Shown here piece by piece: positions 9,581 to 19,922 of a stretch of DNA of 63,906 bases. The position numbers and the translations under genes are program-made. Origin of the DNA: a virus (taxonomy: Duplodnaviria > Caudoviricetes); the IMG/VR virus record IMGVR_UViG_3300037325_000356, positions 1 through 63,906 of that record; one strand, 5' to 3'. Numbering within the stretch: the first letter of the stretch is position 1; each line of letters starts with the position of its first letter. Under the pieces are notes generated by a model. That model was not told the origin of the DNA. It saw only the letters and a program-made list of their open reading frames with translations, and searched no databases.

Positions 9581-9641
9581 ACTTTTGCCAAGAAAAAACC
9601 CGGCGATCGGGAGATCGTCGGGTTGTTTTAGGCAGGTGTGT

Positions 9642-9866
9642 CTAGTCAAAAAAGAAAAAGGATTTGACCGTCTTTTCTAATTCTGGGGTGCGATCGTACA
9701 CATTGACTTGATCGTGCCCGTGTTGAGCTGTCCCCAAAGGTTCGTGATGTTGGTGAAACCGCTCTACCCATTTGCCTAGTTTGGACTCTTCACCGGGCTT
9801 TAAGGAATACCCCAAATCCTGTGCTAAAACGGCTGGGAAGACTGCTGTCGCTGCTGTTAAGGTCAT
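9642..9866 (-). CDS. Stand-alone C-terminal domain of the 12937-13638 family
   Basis: AVLAQDLGYSLKPGEESKLGKWV...QVNVYDRTPEL is shared; its 5' leader and MTLT start match the KilA-N gene 21504-22283. Confidence 0.7.
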   Translation of the reverse strand: MTLTAATAVFPAVLAQDLGYSLKPGEESKLGKWVERFHQHHEPLGTAQHGHDQVNVYDRTPELEKTVKSFFFFD

Positions 9867-9943
9867 CTTTTTCTCTCTCGTTACTGTTCTCTTTAAAAGA
9901 TAGCACACCCAAACACTTTATGTCAATACTTTTTTAATTCTTC

Positions 9944-10085
9944 AGAAGCGAGGTTAGAATTCCTCACCGTTACGGTAGAGTCTGTCGTTTTTACCTTCTT
10001 ACTATTAGTAAGAGATCCGAACGACAAACTCATCAATTGGAACTCGCTTCTAGTCAGCATTATACCTAACTCTAGTATTGTGGAC
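9944..10085 (+). repeat. Hairpin element copy 6
   Basis: Same nested palindrome. Confidence 0.95.
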
Positions 10086-10147
10086 TTTTGGCAAGAAAAA
10101 ACCCGGCGATCGCATCACTTTTGAAACCGTTTGTTTTAGGCAGGTGC

Positions 10148-10243
10148 TACCAAGTCCGCAGCCTCAAACCTATGCCGTGTAATGTTTTGACCTAATTTTG
10201 CCGAATGCAAAGTCCGCACATCGAATGATGCTATACGCCGCCC
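10148..10243 (-). pseudogene. Silent variant segment of 12937-13638
   Basis: SIIRCADF/SAKLGQNITRHRFEAADLV (1-nt frameshift) aligns with SIIDGGDFKSVKLAQTYTEHGLECGDLV. Confidence 0.7.
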
Positions 10244-10319
10244 GTTTCCATAGAAACCATTGACATCTGTCAGGCGGTGAGTTAAAATAGCAGAAAGCGA
10301 GAAAGAGAGAGGAAAAGGG

Positions 10320-10718
10320 ATGAGTTATGAAAACGGTGCGGATAAATATTCAAAACCGGGGAATGTGTACGTCTTTGTCAATTTGAAGCGATGGAAAATA
10401 AAGATCGGATTAACGGGGCGAAAAGTGGAGAGAAGATTAGAAGAAATACAGCAAGACTACGGCAGACAGGTTATGTCTGTGTTCGTCTGTGAGACTTCTA
10501 ATATGTGGAAATTGGAGCAGACGGCACATCGGAAGTTTCGCAAGTACAAATCGCCAGAACCTAAAAACCTGACAGGACAGTCTGAATGGTTCGCACTTTC
10601 ACCGTGTTTAATAATTAAAGTGATTTGTTTCCTGTTTCTTCAGAATAAACGGCTAGAGATTGGCTATCGAATTGAGAAGAGTTGGTGCTTTAAGCTGCTA
10701 AATATGCTAAAAAGATAG
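10320..10718 (+). CDS. T5orf172/GIY-YIG-like domain protein
   Basis: GNVYVF...KIKIGLT...VERRLEEIQ...LEQTAHRKF...SEWF. Confidence 0.85.
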   Translation: MSYENGADKYSKPGNVYVFVNLKRWKIKIGLTGRKVERRLEEIQQDYGRQVMSVFVCETSNMWKLEQTAHRKFRKYKSPEPKNLTGQSEWFALSPCLIIKVICFLFLQNKRLEIGYRIEKSWCFKLLNMLKR

Positions 10719-10774
10719 AGATAAGATCGGGCGTTGAAATACCCGATCTTTTTTGTGTAGCACGGACAAAAACA

Positions 10775-12178
10775 ATGGGATTATTAGCAAAATATAGAAA
10801 CAGGGTTGAATTAGAAAATAGTGGGGAATTGTTGAAATTGCAACCGAAACAACAGGAAGTGTTCAACAGTAAGGTAGACATAGCGATATCAGGAGGAGCG
10901 GCGGGCGGGGGCAAATCGGCATTAGCGGCCGCGATTGCAGCAGATCAATCAAAAATAATAAATGAAAAATACCGCTGTGTAATATTTAGACGAACTCATG
11001 CACAGGCAAGAAACCCTGGGGGGATGGTAGACGAAACAAAGCGCTGGTATCCGACATTAAACGGGCGGCTAAATGAAAGTAGATTAGAATGGGTGTTTCC
11101 GTCGGGTGCTAAAGTAACTCTATCGCATCTACAGCATGAGAAAGACCGCCTAAACTGGCAAGGGACGGCACTATGCACGATAATTTGGGATGAGTTAACA
11201 CATTTTACAGAGACTCAATTTTGGTATCTAATGAGTCGGGCCCGATCAATCAGCGGCATCCGTCCTATAATTCGTGCAACTTGTAACCCTGATGCTGACA
11301 GTTGGGTTGCAAATTTAATCAATTGGTGGATAGGTGACGACGGCTACCCAAATCCCGATCGCGCGGGTGTGTCGAGATGGTTTGTTAGGAAAGGTCTTGA
11401 TACAATTTGGAGAGATACCAGGGAAGAGTTGCTAGAAATATTTCCTAGTAGTGATCCTAAATCACTCGCTTTTTATCCTTCAAAACTAGAGGATAATCAA
11501 GCATTAATGACAGCCGATCCTAACTACAAAGGAATGTTAGAATCACTTTCTGATCCGGTAGAAGTTGCCAGACTATTAGACGGCAACTGGAAAATCCGAT
11601 CAAGTGAATCAAGACTGTTCAAACAGAGCGCGATTTTTGCTTGTGCTGTTGGGAATTGGCAAGATCCAAAATTAAATCATAATTACTTAATCGGAGTCGA
11701 TCCTAACTTTGGAGGTTCCGACTTTTTCGTGTTTCAAGTTTGGGATCTGACTCGAACTCCCTATCAATTGGTTTACGAATTTAGAGAGCAAAAACAATCA
11801 ATTTTAAGCTCGATCGCAGCGCTAGGAAATACTATCGATCGCTATCAGCCATTTATTGTCTCAGTTGAAAAGAACGGGGGCGGACAGACAATATTAGAGA
11901 CGATAGCGGCTCAATACCCTGGTACTAGAATGGAAGCCGTCAACACTTCCCACATATCAAAAAAAATCAACACCGATCGGATTGCGATCGCTGTTGAAAG
12001 TTTAATTGTTGTTTACCCGGCTGACTGGGTTGGTATAAATGAGATGTTAGATTTCTCTAAAATTGCAAGAGAAGCTGTAACCGGAAATGATGACTGTATT
12101 ATGGCGTGGGCGGTCGCTTTTGCCTTCCTAGACGAGGCTCTAGAGAATGGCATCATCTCCCCTACTTTGCTATTTTAA
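10775..12178 (+). CDS. terL: Terminase large subunit
   Basis: PKQQEV, Walker A GGAAGGGKS, Walker B IIWDELTHF, RATCNP, nuclease motifs IGVDP and NDDCIMA. Confidence 0.95.
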   Translation: MGLLAKYRNRVELENSGELLKLQPKQQEVFNSKVDIAISGGAAGGGKSALAAAIAADQSKIINEKYRCVIFRRTHAQARNPGGMVDETKRWYPTLNGRLNESRLEWVFPSGAKVTLSHLQHEKDRLNWQGTALCTIIWDELTHFTETQFWYLMSRARSISGIRPIIRATCNPDADSWVANLINWWIGDDGYPNPDRAGVSRWFVRKGLDTIWRDTREELLEIFPSSDPKSLAFYPSKLEDNQALMTADPNYKGMLESLSDPVEVARLLDGNWKIRSSESRLFKQSAIFACAVGNWQDPKLNHNYLIGVDPNFGGSDFFVFQVWDLTRTPYQLVYEFREQKQSILSSIAALGNTIDRYQPFIVSVEKNGGGQTILETIAAQYPGTRMEAVNTSHISKKINTDRIAIAVESLIVVYPADWVGINEMLDFSKIAREAVTGNDDCIMAWAVAFAFLDEALENGIISPTLLF

Positions 12179-12183
12179 GGTTT

Positions 12184-12384
12184 CTAAATATTTCCCCATG
12201 TTTTCCTGAGAATGATATTTGCGATCGTTGTCTTTGAAACACCAAATCGGACTTGAATAGCTGCCCTTGATACCCCATTGTCGGCTAAGCGTCGGATTTC
12301 TAAGACTTCGAGACTTGTCAACTTTGACATCGGGTGTTTATCGCCGCTGTTGTCTCTTGTTCGATAATTGTTAACGCTGTCCAT
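12184..12384 (-). CDS. Small HTH protein, like HNH-associated C-terminal domains
   Basis: GDKHPMSKLT..EVLEIRRL...FGVSKTTIANIILRKTW. Confidence 0.65.
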   Translation of the reverse strand: MDSVNNYRTRDNSGDKHPMSKLTSLEVLEIRRLADNGVSRAAIQVRFGVSKTTIANIILRKTWGNI

Positions 12385-12622
12385 TTGCTCTGTATTCCCT
12401 TATTTTTTCCTTGTAAGCTTTGATCGCCTCTTCTTCTGTTGCGTAGTTTATACCGAATAGAAACGTGTCAGAAATTTCGTCGTAATTCACAACCTCCCAA
12501 TTTTTGCCATCTATGAAACGCAAAAGGATGTTGGTGTTTCCCCGCCCCGTAGGAACTAAAGTTGATCGCAGGATCTCATCTTTTAGAAACGATTTTTGAA
12601 GTGCTGACAACTGATTGCTCAT
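12371..12622 (-). CDS. Hypothetical protein
   Basis: GAGAGA leader; TTGACA promoter near 12676. Confidence 0.6.
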   Translation of the reverse strand: MSNQLSALQKSFLKDEILRSTLVPTGRGNTNILLRFIDGKNWEVVNYDEISDTFLFGINYATEEEAIKAYKEKIREYRANGQR

Positions 12623-12734
12623 TTTGGTCTCTCTCTTTTTTCTCTTGTTCGATCGTAACACATGGTAATACTTTATGTCAACCCTTCCCAAAGCTATTAA
12701 AAATTGAAAGACCGCCCGCCCGATCGGTCAAGAC

Positions 12735-12875
12735 AGAAGCGAGGTATCAAGTCATCACCTTTACTGTTGTGTCTGTCGTTTCTACCTTCTTACTATTAGT
12801 AAGAGATCCAAACGACAGACACAGCAACTAGAACCCGCCTCTATCCTCCCTTTTACCCGGCTCATGTATTGTGGA
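12735..12875 (+). repeat. Hairpin element copy 7
   Basis: Same nested palindrome. Confidence 0.95.
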
Positions 12876-12936
12876 CTTTGGGCAAGAAAAAACCCGGCGA
12901 TCGGGCGATCGTCGGGTTGTTTCGGCTAGATTGTGT

Positions 12937-13638
12937 CTAGTCGAAAAAGGCTTTGACTGTCGCCTGTAATTCTGGAGTGCGATCGTACACATTGACTTGA
13001 TAGCGACCGTGTTGAGCTTGCCCTAAAGGTTCGTGATACCTCCTTACCCATTTGCCTAGTTTGGACTCTTCACCGGGCTTTAAGGAATACCCCAAATCTC
13101 GCGCTAAAACGGCTGCTAAAACGGGGTTAGCAGCGCTACCGGGTAAAGCGCTGTTTGCTCCCAATTCCTCTGCTAAACGCTGCTCAAACGCTGCTTTGAT
13201 TATTGGGTTGGTAATACTCGGCAATAGTTTTGTAGCGTCTACCAATACCTCAAACGATGTCGGCAACTGTCGGGACTGTTCTGGTGCGGGTGCGGGTGCG
13301 GTTAGTTGGCTAATAACGTGCTTTACCCCGATCGCCCCAAACGTCCGAGCCAACTGCTTAGCCATCGGTGCGGCTGCTTTAGACTCGTATGCAAAGTATT
13401 CGATCGCTAGCCAAACCGCTTGGGGATTAAAGCCATTCTCTACCAAGTCTCCACACTCAAGTCCATGCTCAGTATAGGTTTGGGCTAGTTTTACCGACTT
13501 AAAGTCTCCACCATCGATAATAGAGTTGTGGTGAACGCTACAGCAGCGCGCAACACCACGGATGCTCAAATTCCCATTGGGCATTGCCTGATCACGAATG
13601 AAACTCAAAAAGTCTTGTTCAGATTTGATAATGTTCAT
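12937..13638 (-). CDS. Antirepressor-like DNA-binding protein
   Basis: HTH-like LSIRGVARCCSVHHNSII and IEYFAYES; own promoter and terminator. Confidence 0.7.
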   Translation of the reverse strand: MNIIKSEQDFLSFIRDQAMPNGNLSIRGVARCCSVHHNSIIDGGDFKSVKLAQTYTEHGLECGDLVENGFNPQAVWLAIEYFAYESKAAAPMAKQLARTFGAIGVKHVISQLTAPAPAPEQSRQLPTSFEVLVDATKLLPSITNPIIKAAFEQRLAEELGANSALPGSAANPVLAAVLARDLGYSLKPGEESKLGKWVRRYHEPLGQAQHGRYQVNVYDRTPELQATVKAFFD

Positions 13639-13730
13639 GACGGTTCTCTCTCGCTAATTTTCCGATCCGGCGATCGCACGTTAGTCTTATTTTAGCATAC
13701 GCAAACACTTTATGTCAATGGTCTTTATCC

Positions 13731-13870
13731 AGAAGCGAGGTATCAAGTCATCACCTTTACTGTTGTGTCTGTAGTTTAAGTTGTCTTACTATTAGTAAGA
13801 GATCCAAACGACAAACACAGCAACTAGAACCCGCTTCTACTCTACCTTTTACCCAACTCAAGTATTGGGG
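13731..13870 (+). repeat. Hairpin element copy 8
   Basis: Same nested palindrome. Confidence 0.95.
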
Positions 13871-13878
13871 GATTTCTG

Positions 13879-14202
13879 CTAAAGCGTGGTGTCAAAAACT
13901 TGGGGTAAAGTCTCAAAAATATATTTAATGTTGAGTGAGACTTGCCGCCCGCTGGTATTGGGTAGCGCGGCGACAGAGACAGCAATCAGTTCAACTCTAG
14001 TCTCAAATGTACGAATTGCTAGACTCATCTCTCTTTCTATCTCGCTGGCTGTTATTTGGTTGCTGTAAACAGCCTCTAGTCCGTACTCTGGCATATAGGG
14101 GATCTCTCCCTTTCGTGTTCGTGCCAATATATACAGAGATTGCTGCACGTCGGTTATTGACTGTCTCGCTAGCCGTCCGCCCGGCACTGATAAATAAAAC
14201 AT
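13879..14202 (-). CDS. Baseplate wedge gpW/gp25 family protein
   Basis: DVQQSLYILARTRKGEIPYMPEYG...AIRTFETRV. Confidence 0.9.
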   Translation of the reverse strand: MFYLSVPGGRLARQSITDVQQSLYILARTRKGEIPYMPEYGLEAVYSNQITASEIEREMSLAIRTFETRVELIAVSVAALPNTSGRQVSLNIKYIFETLPQVFDTTL

Positions 14203-14388
14203 TTTGAGATATTCCTGTAAAGGGTTGACATCTAGTGTAGTATGTGATAAGATTAAAAAAGCCAGAAAGCCGTGTATAGCTTTCTGACTATAACAAACTC
14301 AAAAGAAAAGAGAGAGAGAGTTTGCTATTTCAAATGTAGCAGTTCAATTGCTCAACAGTTGCCAACATCCATAAACGAGAGAGAGACC

Positions 14389-14910
14389 ATGAAAACTACC
14401 CTAAAGCGCGATCTCAAAGCACTCCAAAACGCTCTGATCTATACTAAGGAAGCGATCGCGCGTTTGCTGGGAGTCACAGTTAAAAGCATTACTCGGACTA
14501 TGGTTTGGTGGTCGGGTTTCTGGATTCTGATTAAAGGCAGAAGCCCCCGCCTCTACAAAAAATCTTTGTTTGATAAGCACTTCGCGAATTTCCGCAAGCA
14601 GGCAGCGACCAACTACACAGTCTCGAAAACAGACAGCAGCACTTATAAAGTGACTCCGATCGCGCAAGAACCCCCTGCTGAATACACAAAATCTTACCTG
14701 GTTTTGAGCGCCGCGCCTAAAGGTTTACTCAGATACACTTGTGGCTGTACGGATTTTAAAAGGTTGTCTGAGGCATTCAGAGCACCCGCCTGCAAGCATA
14801 TCTATGCAGTGCTAGCTACGCAAGGATTCGGGTCGCTTAAGGAGGCGATCGACAGCAATAAAGCCATCGACACCGCCGCACTCGAAGCTAAACTTGCGAT
14901 CGGGCTGTAG
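14389..14910 (+). CDS. SWIM zinc-finger protein
   Basis: YTCGCTDF...ACKHIYAV. Confidence 0.85.
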   Translation: MKTTLKRDLKALQNALIYTKEAIARLLGVTVKSITRTMVWWSGFWILIKGRSPRLYKKSLFDKHFANFRKQAATNYTVSKTDSSTYKVTPIAQEPPAEYTKSYLVLSAAPKGLLRYTCGCTDFKRLSEAFRAPACKHIYAVLATQGFGSLKEAIDSNKAIDTAALEAKLAIGL

Positions 14911-14914
14911 CACG

Positions 14915-15340
14915 TCGATTATTCAGGCGTTCAGAGTATTGAACGCTCGGCTGAACGCTCGGCTGAACGCCTGAACCTTGCACACTGTACCGTTTAGATG
15001 CGTTCACGGTTGAGACTGTCTGAACGGTCGGCTGAACGCCTGAACCTCGCGCACTGTACCCATTAGAGGCGATCGCACTGTGTTCGATTATTCAGGCGTT
15101 CAGAGTGTCTGAACGCTCGGCTGAACGCCTGAACCTTGCACACTGTACCGTTTAGATGCGTTCACGGTTGAGACTGTCTGAACTCTACCGTGAACGCCTG
15201 AACCTCGCGCACTGTACAGGTTTGAGACGATAATTGTTCACACCTTATTTTTTCCGTTCAGAGTGTCTGAACGCCTCTAATTAAATTTTCTGAACGCTCG
15301 GCTGAACGCTCGGCTGAACGCCTGAACCTCGCGCACTGTA
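14915..15340 (-). repeat. GCGTTCAG array B (inverted), followed by a half element at 15359-15400
   Basis: Many CTGAACG units and an internal duplication of about 155 bp. Confidence 0.9.
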
Positions 15341-15636
15341 ACCGTTCGGTTGAGTTCACGGTTGAGTTCACGGTTGAGTCTGTCTGAACGCTCGGCTGAC
15401 CCATTTTTCGGGTTAAGGTGGAGAGGAAATTGAAACCTCGCTTCTGTCTTGACCGATCGGGCGGACGGGCCATTCTAATCGACAAAGCCAAAAACAAAAA
15501 ACCGGGTAAAATGTCATTTTCTACCCGGTTTTTTATGTTTTGGGCATGACAACTCTTTGTATTCTGAATCCAGACAGAGACAGAGACGCGGCGATCGGAT
15601 GCTGTTAAAACTTCCATATTTTCAACAAATAGGTAC

Positions 15637-15670
15637 AGATAAAAATAGTAAACGTTTACTATTTTTATCT
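15637..15670. other. Perfect 34-bp palindrome
   Basis: AGATAAAAATAGTAAAC|GTTTACTATTTTTATCT; degenerate copy at about 37783-37830. Confidence 0.9.
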
Positions 15671-15725
15671 CACATTAAAAACCCGCTAGATTTGGGCATC
15701 TAGCGGGTTGTGTCACGGTTCCAGT

Positions 15726-17423
15726 CTAGAACCCTAACCAGTCGGCTGTTTCCGTCGCATCACCTGCTAACTCGTTAAATTCTCGGTTTGCCTTCACATA
15801 CTCGCTAGAACCCCCTTTTTTGCAACCCCATAGCTCGAAAATCGTGTCCCCTTTATTTCTTGTCCTCAAAGACTCTCGAATTGCTGAAACCATCTCGTCT
15901 TTCGTCAAGTGTTTAAGACCATAAACGACCTCTAACTGGCTGAACTCAGGGCCCTGCAATGGTTCGCTTCTGTCGTTAGTTGGTGAAGGTTGAACACGTC
16001 CGCTGCCCCTTTTTGGGCTTTGGGTTTTGGTATCTGCTGCCCAATAGTCCTCTAATTCGACTTCGGGTTCGGGTAAGTCAGCCATCAAAAGACTTAAAGA
16101 CGGGTCGCTGTTGCCGGGTTCGTTACTCTCGGTATCGGGTTGATATTTGACAGCAAAAGCATTTTTTCTTACCATACCCGGCAACTTGCAGCGTAACTGA
16201 TATGCGGGTTCTGCCTCACCTGATATCGGGTTTTGTTGACCGATAATTTCTATTTCTAGCATTGCCGTCTTGATTAAAGTTGCAATCCCTGCTGACTTCT
16301 TGCCTCCCAATCCTGTGATAGTGTTAGTGTGACCGCAGATAGTAGCGTAACATTTGACTTTCCTGATGTCGGTCAAACATTGTAACAAGAAATCGGCAGC
16401 CCCGTCACACCGTGAACCCCACATGGTGAACTCGTCACAGATAATAGAGAACGGTTCAAAAACCGGGTTATCTTCCTCAGCAACTCGTTTGTAACGGCGG
16501 GTTACTTCTTGACAAAATGCAATCAACCGCAGATCAATTTCTGCATAGTTAAAGCCTTTTCCATACACCGTGCAACCTTTCCAACTACCGAGAGAATAGT
16601 GAGGATCTAAAACTTCTACTCTGTGCTTTGCGTTCAGTTTTCCCTCTGCTATCTTTTTCACAAAGGTAGTTTTACCGCTACCAGGTGCTCCAAAAACTAA
16701 CGCGACAGGGAATGCAGTTAGAGGCGGTAGAATGTAATCCGTCCCGACGATCGGGCTAGATTTTTCTTTGTCAGATTCGACTATCTGCTTACTTTTTTTG
16801 CTTTCGGTAACTTTTGTGCTTGGATCAGTTTGATCGTCTAGTGTACCGGGATCACCATACGGCAAGGCATACTGGAAGCGTGTAGCGTCTGGCGTGTAAC
16901 CGATCGCCTGATGAAAATCGTAATTTATCTGTGCCGCTTCCAAATTGTTCTCCATCTCTAGCCGATCGTGCTGCCGTGAGAGAGCAGCCATTGACTCCAT
17001 CTCATCCGATGCTTTACGCTGTTTTTTAGCCGTAATGTGTGCTGTAGTTTGAATATCTCCTACAAACTTCTGCCATTTTAAATCTTTACCTGCTACGTGC
17101 CATAAGCCACCGAAAGCGATAGCACCCGCTAACCAACCAAAACCACGCAAAGCACCGCTACTACCTTCTGCTTTGACAATTTCCGCCCCCTTTGGTACTA
17201 TCCAATATGGCTGCGTTCTTTCTCCTAATGAAGTCTTAAACGTAATCATCGGATCTAGTTTTAGGTCAGCCGATCCTAATGCTATCCCTAATCCTCCTAT
17301 TACTGCCAACACACCCATAATTAGACGCGGCGATATATTAGGCGAACCCGGTAGATGTACCCGTCTGGCTTCATTCTCGATCGAATCATAGAGAGTCTGA
17401 GCAGTTTTAGTATTGTTCGTCAT
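15726..17423 (-). CDS. Membrane-anchored P-loop ATPase (FtsK/HerA/coupling-protein-like)
   Basis: Two hydrophobic N-terminal segments, Walker A GAPGSGKT, VLDPH, Walker B ICDEF. Confidence 0.75.
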   Translation of the reverse strand: MTNNTKTAQTLYDSIENEARRVHLPGSPNISPRLIMGVLAVIGGLGIALGSADLKLDPMITFKTSLGERTQPYWIVPKGAEIVKAEGSSGALRGFGWLAGAIAFGGLWHVAGKDLKWQKFVGDIQTTAHITAKKQRKASDEMESMAALSRQHDRLEMENNLEAAQINYDFHQAIGYTPDATRFQYALPYGDPGTLDDQTDPSTKVTESKKSKQIVESDKEKSSPIVGTDYILPPLTAFPVALVFGAPGSGKTTFVKKIAEGKLNAKHRVEVLDPHYSLGSWKGCTVYGKGFNYAEIDLRLIAFCQEVTRRYKRVAEEDNPVFEPFSIICDEFTMWGSRCDGAADFLLQCLTDIRKVKCYATICGHTNTITGLGGKKSAGIATLIKTAMLEIEIIGQQNPISGEAEPAYQLRCKLPGMVRKNAFAVKYQPDTESNEPGNSDPSLSLLMADLPEPEVELEDYWAADTKTQSPKRGSGRVQPSPTNDRSEPLQGPEFSQLEVVYGLKHLTKDEMVSAIRESLRTRNKGDTIFELWGCKKGGSSEYVKANREFNELAGDATETADWLGF

Positions 17424-17940
17424 TATCGTTCGCTCCTTCTGTTGATGCACTATTCGCGCTTTGTTTGATGATTCCAAAAATGCAACCAACGATTAACAGC
17501 AAAGCACCTACCATAATGGGGATGCCATACAGCGTTATAAAATCGTTAACGGCTAACCCTACGGCTAAAATACTATCCCATTCCGCCCCTATTTGACCGA
17601 GGGATACAGCCGTTAATATCTTCTGATATCGCTCTCGTTTTGTGTCGGTATTTTCAAAGATAGATCCCTTTACTAATACCAAAAAAGTGATCGCTTTAAC
17701 AAACATTCCTCCAAAACTGAAAATAGGCAAAACTCGACAGATAAACACTACCCCCCCCGTTGTCGCCATCCAAAAACCGAATTTAGCCACGCTTTGCATT
17801 GCTTCAGCAAATTCGATCCGCCCTTGATTAATTAACACAATGTCGGTTAATTCGTTTGCCTCTCGGTTTGCTTGGTATTGTTGCCTGTCTGATTCTTCCT
17901 GATATGCCTCAAAATTGTGTGCGAGTGCTAGACTGTCCAT
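17407..17940 (-). CDS. Multi-pass membrane protein
   Basis: Several hydrophobic segments; overlaps the ATPase start. Confidence 0.7.
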   Translation of the reverse strand: MDSLALAHNFEAYQEESDRQQYQANREANELTDIVLINQGRIEFAEAMQSVAKFGFWMATTGGVVFICRVLPIFSFGGMFVKAITFLVLVKGSIFENTDTKRERYQKILTAVSLGQIGAEWDSILAVGLAVNDFITLYGIPIMVGALLLIVGCIFGIIKQSANSASTEGANDNDEQY

Positions 17941-17998
17941 GTTTTCTCTCTCTCTCTAACGGTTTACCTTTACATTTTCTAAGAAATAGTCACGCAGG

Positions 17999-18703
17999 CT
18001 AGAATCGGAATGCTTGATTAACTTTCTGCCAGAAACCGCCACTAGATACGGCTGTATTTCCCCCGCTTAAAAGATTTCCCCCGCTATTAGCTGTTTCGCC
18101 TTTTAGTGCGGCTCTGAATTGTGCTGCTTCTATTTGGTTTTGCCTTGATGCGGCGATCGAATTTCTGCTTTGTTGGCTGGCGAGTTGCTGTTTTTGTGCA
18201 TACGCTTGAGTTATTGCCGCCTCGGACAGACCGTGTTTGTAATTTTGGAATGCGATCGCTTTTTGTGATTTACTGCTAGCTAGAGTATGATCTAATCGGC
18301 TTTTGTTCGCAATCTCTAAAAGTGCCAGTTTTTTTCTGTGTTCGATCAGTAAGACTGCGGACTGATATTGTGCTGAACTTTTCTCACCTGTCGCGATTAG
18401 ATTTTCGATAGCAATATCGGTTCTAAATCCGTGTTGTGCAAGCGACAAGCACTCAGCTTCAATCTTTACCAGAAGATCCATAATTTTCTTCTGGTTAGCG
18501 GCATAAGCTTTAGTTCGAGTCAACTGCCGCTGGGCTTCCTTTGCGTTTGCGTATGATGCCGCAACTTCAGATGTTGAAACGCCGCCCGCATTTTTAAGCC
18601 CTAACCCTAGATTCTTTTCTACCCGCCCCGTGTTAGGACTTTTAGCCATAACACGCGATTCATAAGCTAACCGACCTGCTGATTGACCTGCTGATTGTAT
18701 CAT
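17999..18703 (-). CDS. Ala/Gln-rich coiled-coil protein
   Basis: Long ORF with a GA-rich leader, in the ATPase operon. Confidence 0.7.
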   Translation of the reverse strand: MIQSAGQSAGRLAYESRVMAKSPNTGRVEKNLGLGLKNAGGVSTSEVAASYANAKEAQRQLTRTKAYAANQKKIMDLLVKIEAECLSLAQHGFRTDIAIENLIATGEKSSAQYQSAVLLIEHRKKLALLEIANKSRLDHTLASSKSQKAIAFQNYKHGLSEAAITQAYAQKQQLASQQSRNSIAASRQNQIEAAQFRAALKGETANSGGNLLSGGNTAVSSGGFWQKVNQAFRF

Positions 18704-18941
18704 CGTTTTCTCTCTCTCTAAACAACTGTGGGATTACACGAAACGTGAACTTAGCCAATCATGGGAGATGCTGCTAGAAAAATATAATGTTCACAACTTC
18801 TGTGCTGTGACAATATAGCTAGCAATTGTTTTTTCGCCTTCTGCACCGTCTGAATAATTAATCGCATATCATCCCTTTTGTTCTGTTTACTTTCAATTCT
18901 TTCGAGTAACACTATCGCCCTTTCTAATAGGGCGACCTGTG

Positions 18942-19412
18942 TCAGTGTGAGACTTTGTTGAAATCGAAAGTCAGAAAATCTTCTAACTTTTTTTTAAGCT
19001 CGTCAGCCTCTGTTTCATCCTGCAAAAATCCTAAGTCTCCCAATACTGCCAGCGGATCATAATTTGCAGCATTGTGTTCAAGACTTGCGACAATATCCTC
19101 TAACCGTGCTATTTGTGCCGCTGTCCGCTTGTCAGCATAACCCGCAAGTTGCGCGCCAGATTCAATCGCTGCTAGATTTTGTCCTGTCTGATAACCTCTG
19201 GCAGCCGTCAGTCTTTGCTCTGTTTCGTTTAGCTGTTGGAGCGTTTTAAAAGCTGTTGCCTTTTGTTGGTTCTCCAGATCATGCCCTTCGGTTTTCGCCA
19301 ATGCCTCGGTTTTTTTGCCTCGTGGTTTTCTTTCTTTTTTCGGGGCGGCGTTTACCGCATCCCCTTCATTTTCACTCTCAGACGCTGATCCTAATGCGGC
19401 TCTAGCATTCAT
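18942..19412 (-). CDS. Hypothetical helical protein
   Basis: ORF in the same operon. Confidence 0.65.
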   Translation of the reverse strand: MNARAALGSASESENEGDAVNAAPKKERKPRGKKTEALAKTEGHDLENQQKATAFKTLQQLNETEQRLTAARGYQTGQNLAAIESGAQLAGYADKRTAAQIARLEDIVASLEHNAANYDPLAVLGDLGFLQDETEADELKKKLEDFLTFDFNKVSH

Positions 19413-19415
19413 AAC

Positions 19416-19922
19416 TTACTCTCTCTCTTGTGTGTGTGTTTCGATACTTTCTGAACTGATTACAGAAGCCTCTAACTGTTTCTGTTTCTCTGAGAAATCC
19501 ACCGTAAATAAAGTGGGGTTAGTCTCGATCAGAGTCTTATTTGGTTGGCAATTTTTTGCTCCTAAAAGCTGCCTAAGTTTCTCTAATTGTCTCTGACAAA
19601 ATTGTTGATATTCCGTTAAATCCGGCCGCTCTTTCCTCCCTTCTCCTTTCCGTGGCAGAAAAGACAAACCAGCAAAATATTGGGGTAATACCGCCGCAAA
19701 ATCATCCTCTCTGTTATAGAGTGTTTGACTTGAAATGTTTAACTCTCTCGCAAGAATTGCACGTTTCCCAAAATCTTTAGGTTTCGGAGTTTCTAAAAGT
19801 AACGGGGATACACCATCACTCTGCAACTCTTCTAAAATTTGTTTCACGGCCTTATTTTTAGCGCTCCTTTCTGATGGTTTTTTGACTTGTTTTTTGGCGT
19901 GTTTCTTGGTTGTCTGTGGCAT
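19416..19922 (-). CDS. Putative HTH DNA-binding protein
   Basis: KRAILARELNISSQTLYNRE. Confidence 0.6.
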   Translation of the reverse strand: MPQTTKKHAKKQVKKPSERSAKNKAVKQILEELQSDGVSPLLLETPKPKDFGKRAILARELNISSQTLYNREDDFAAVLPQYFAGLSFLPRKGEGRKERPDLTEYQQFCQRQLEKLRQLLGAKNCQPNKTLIETNPTLFTVDFSEKQKQLEASVISSESIETHTQERE

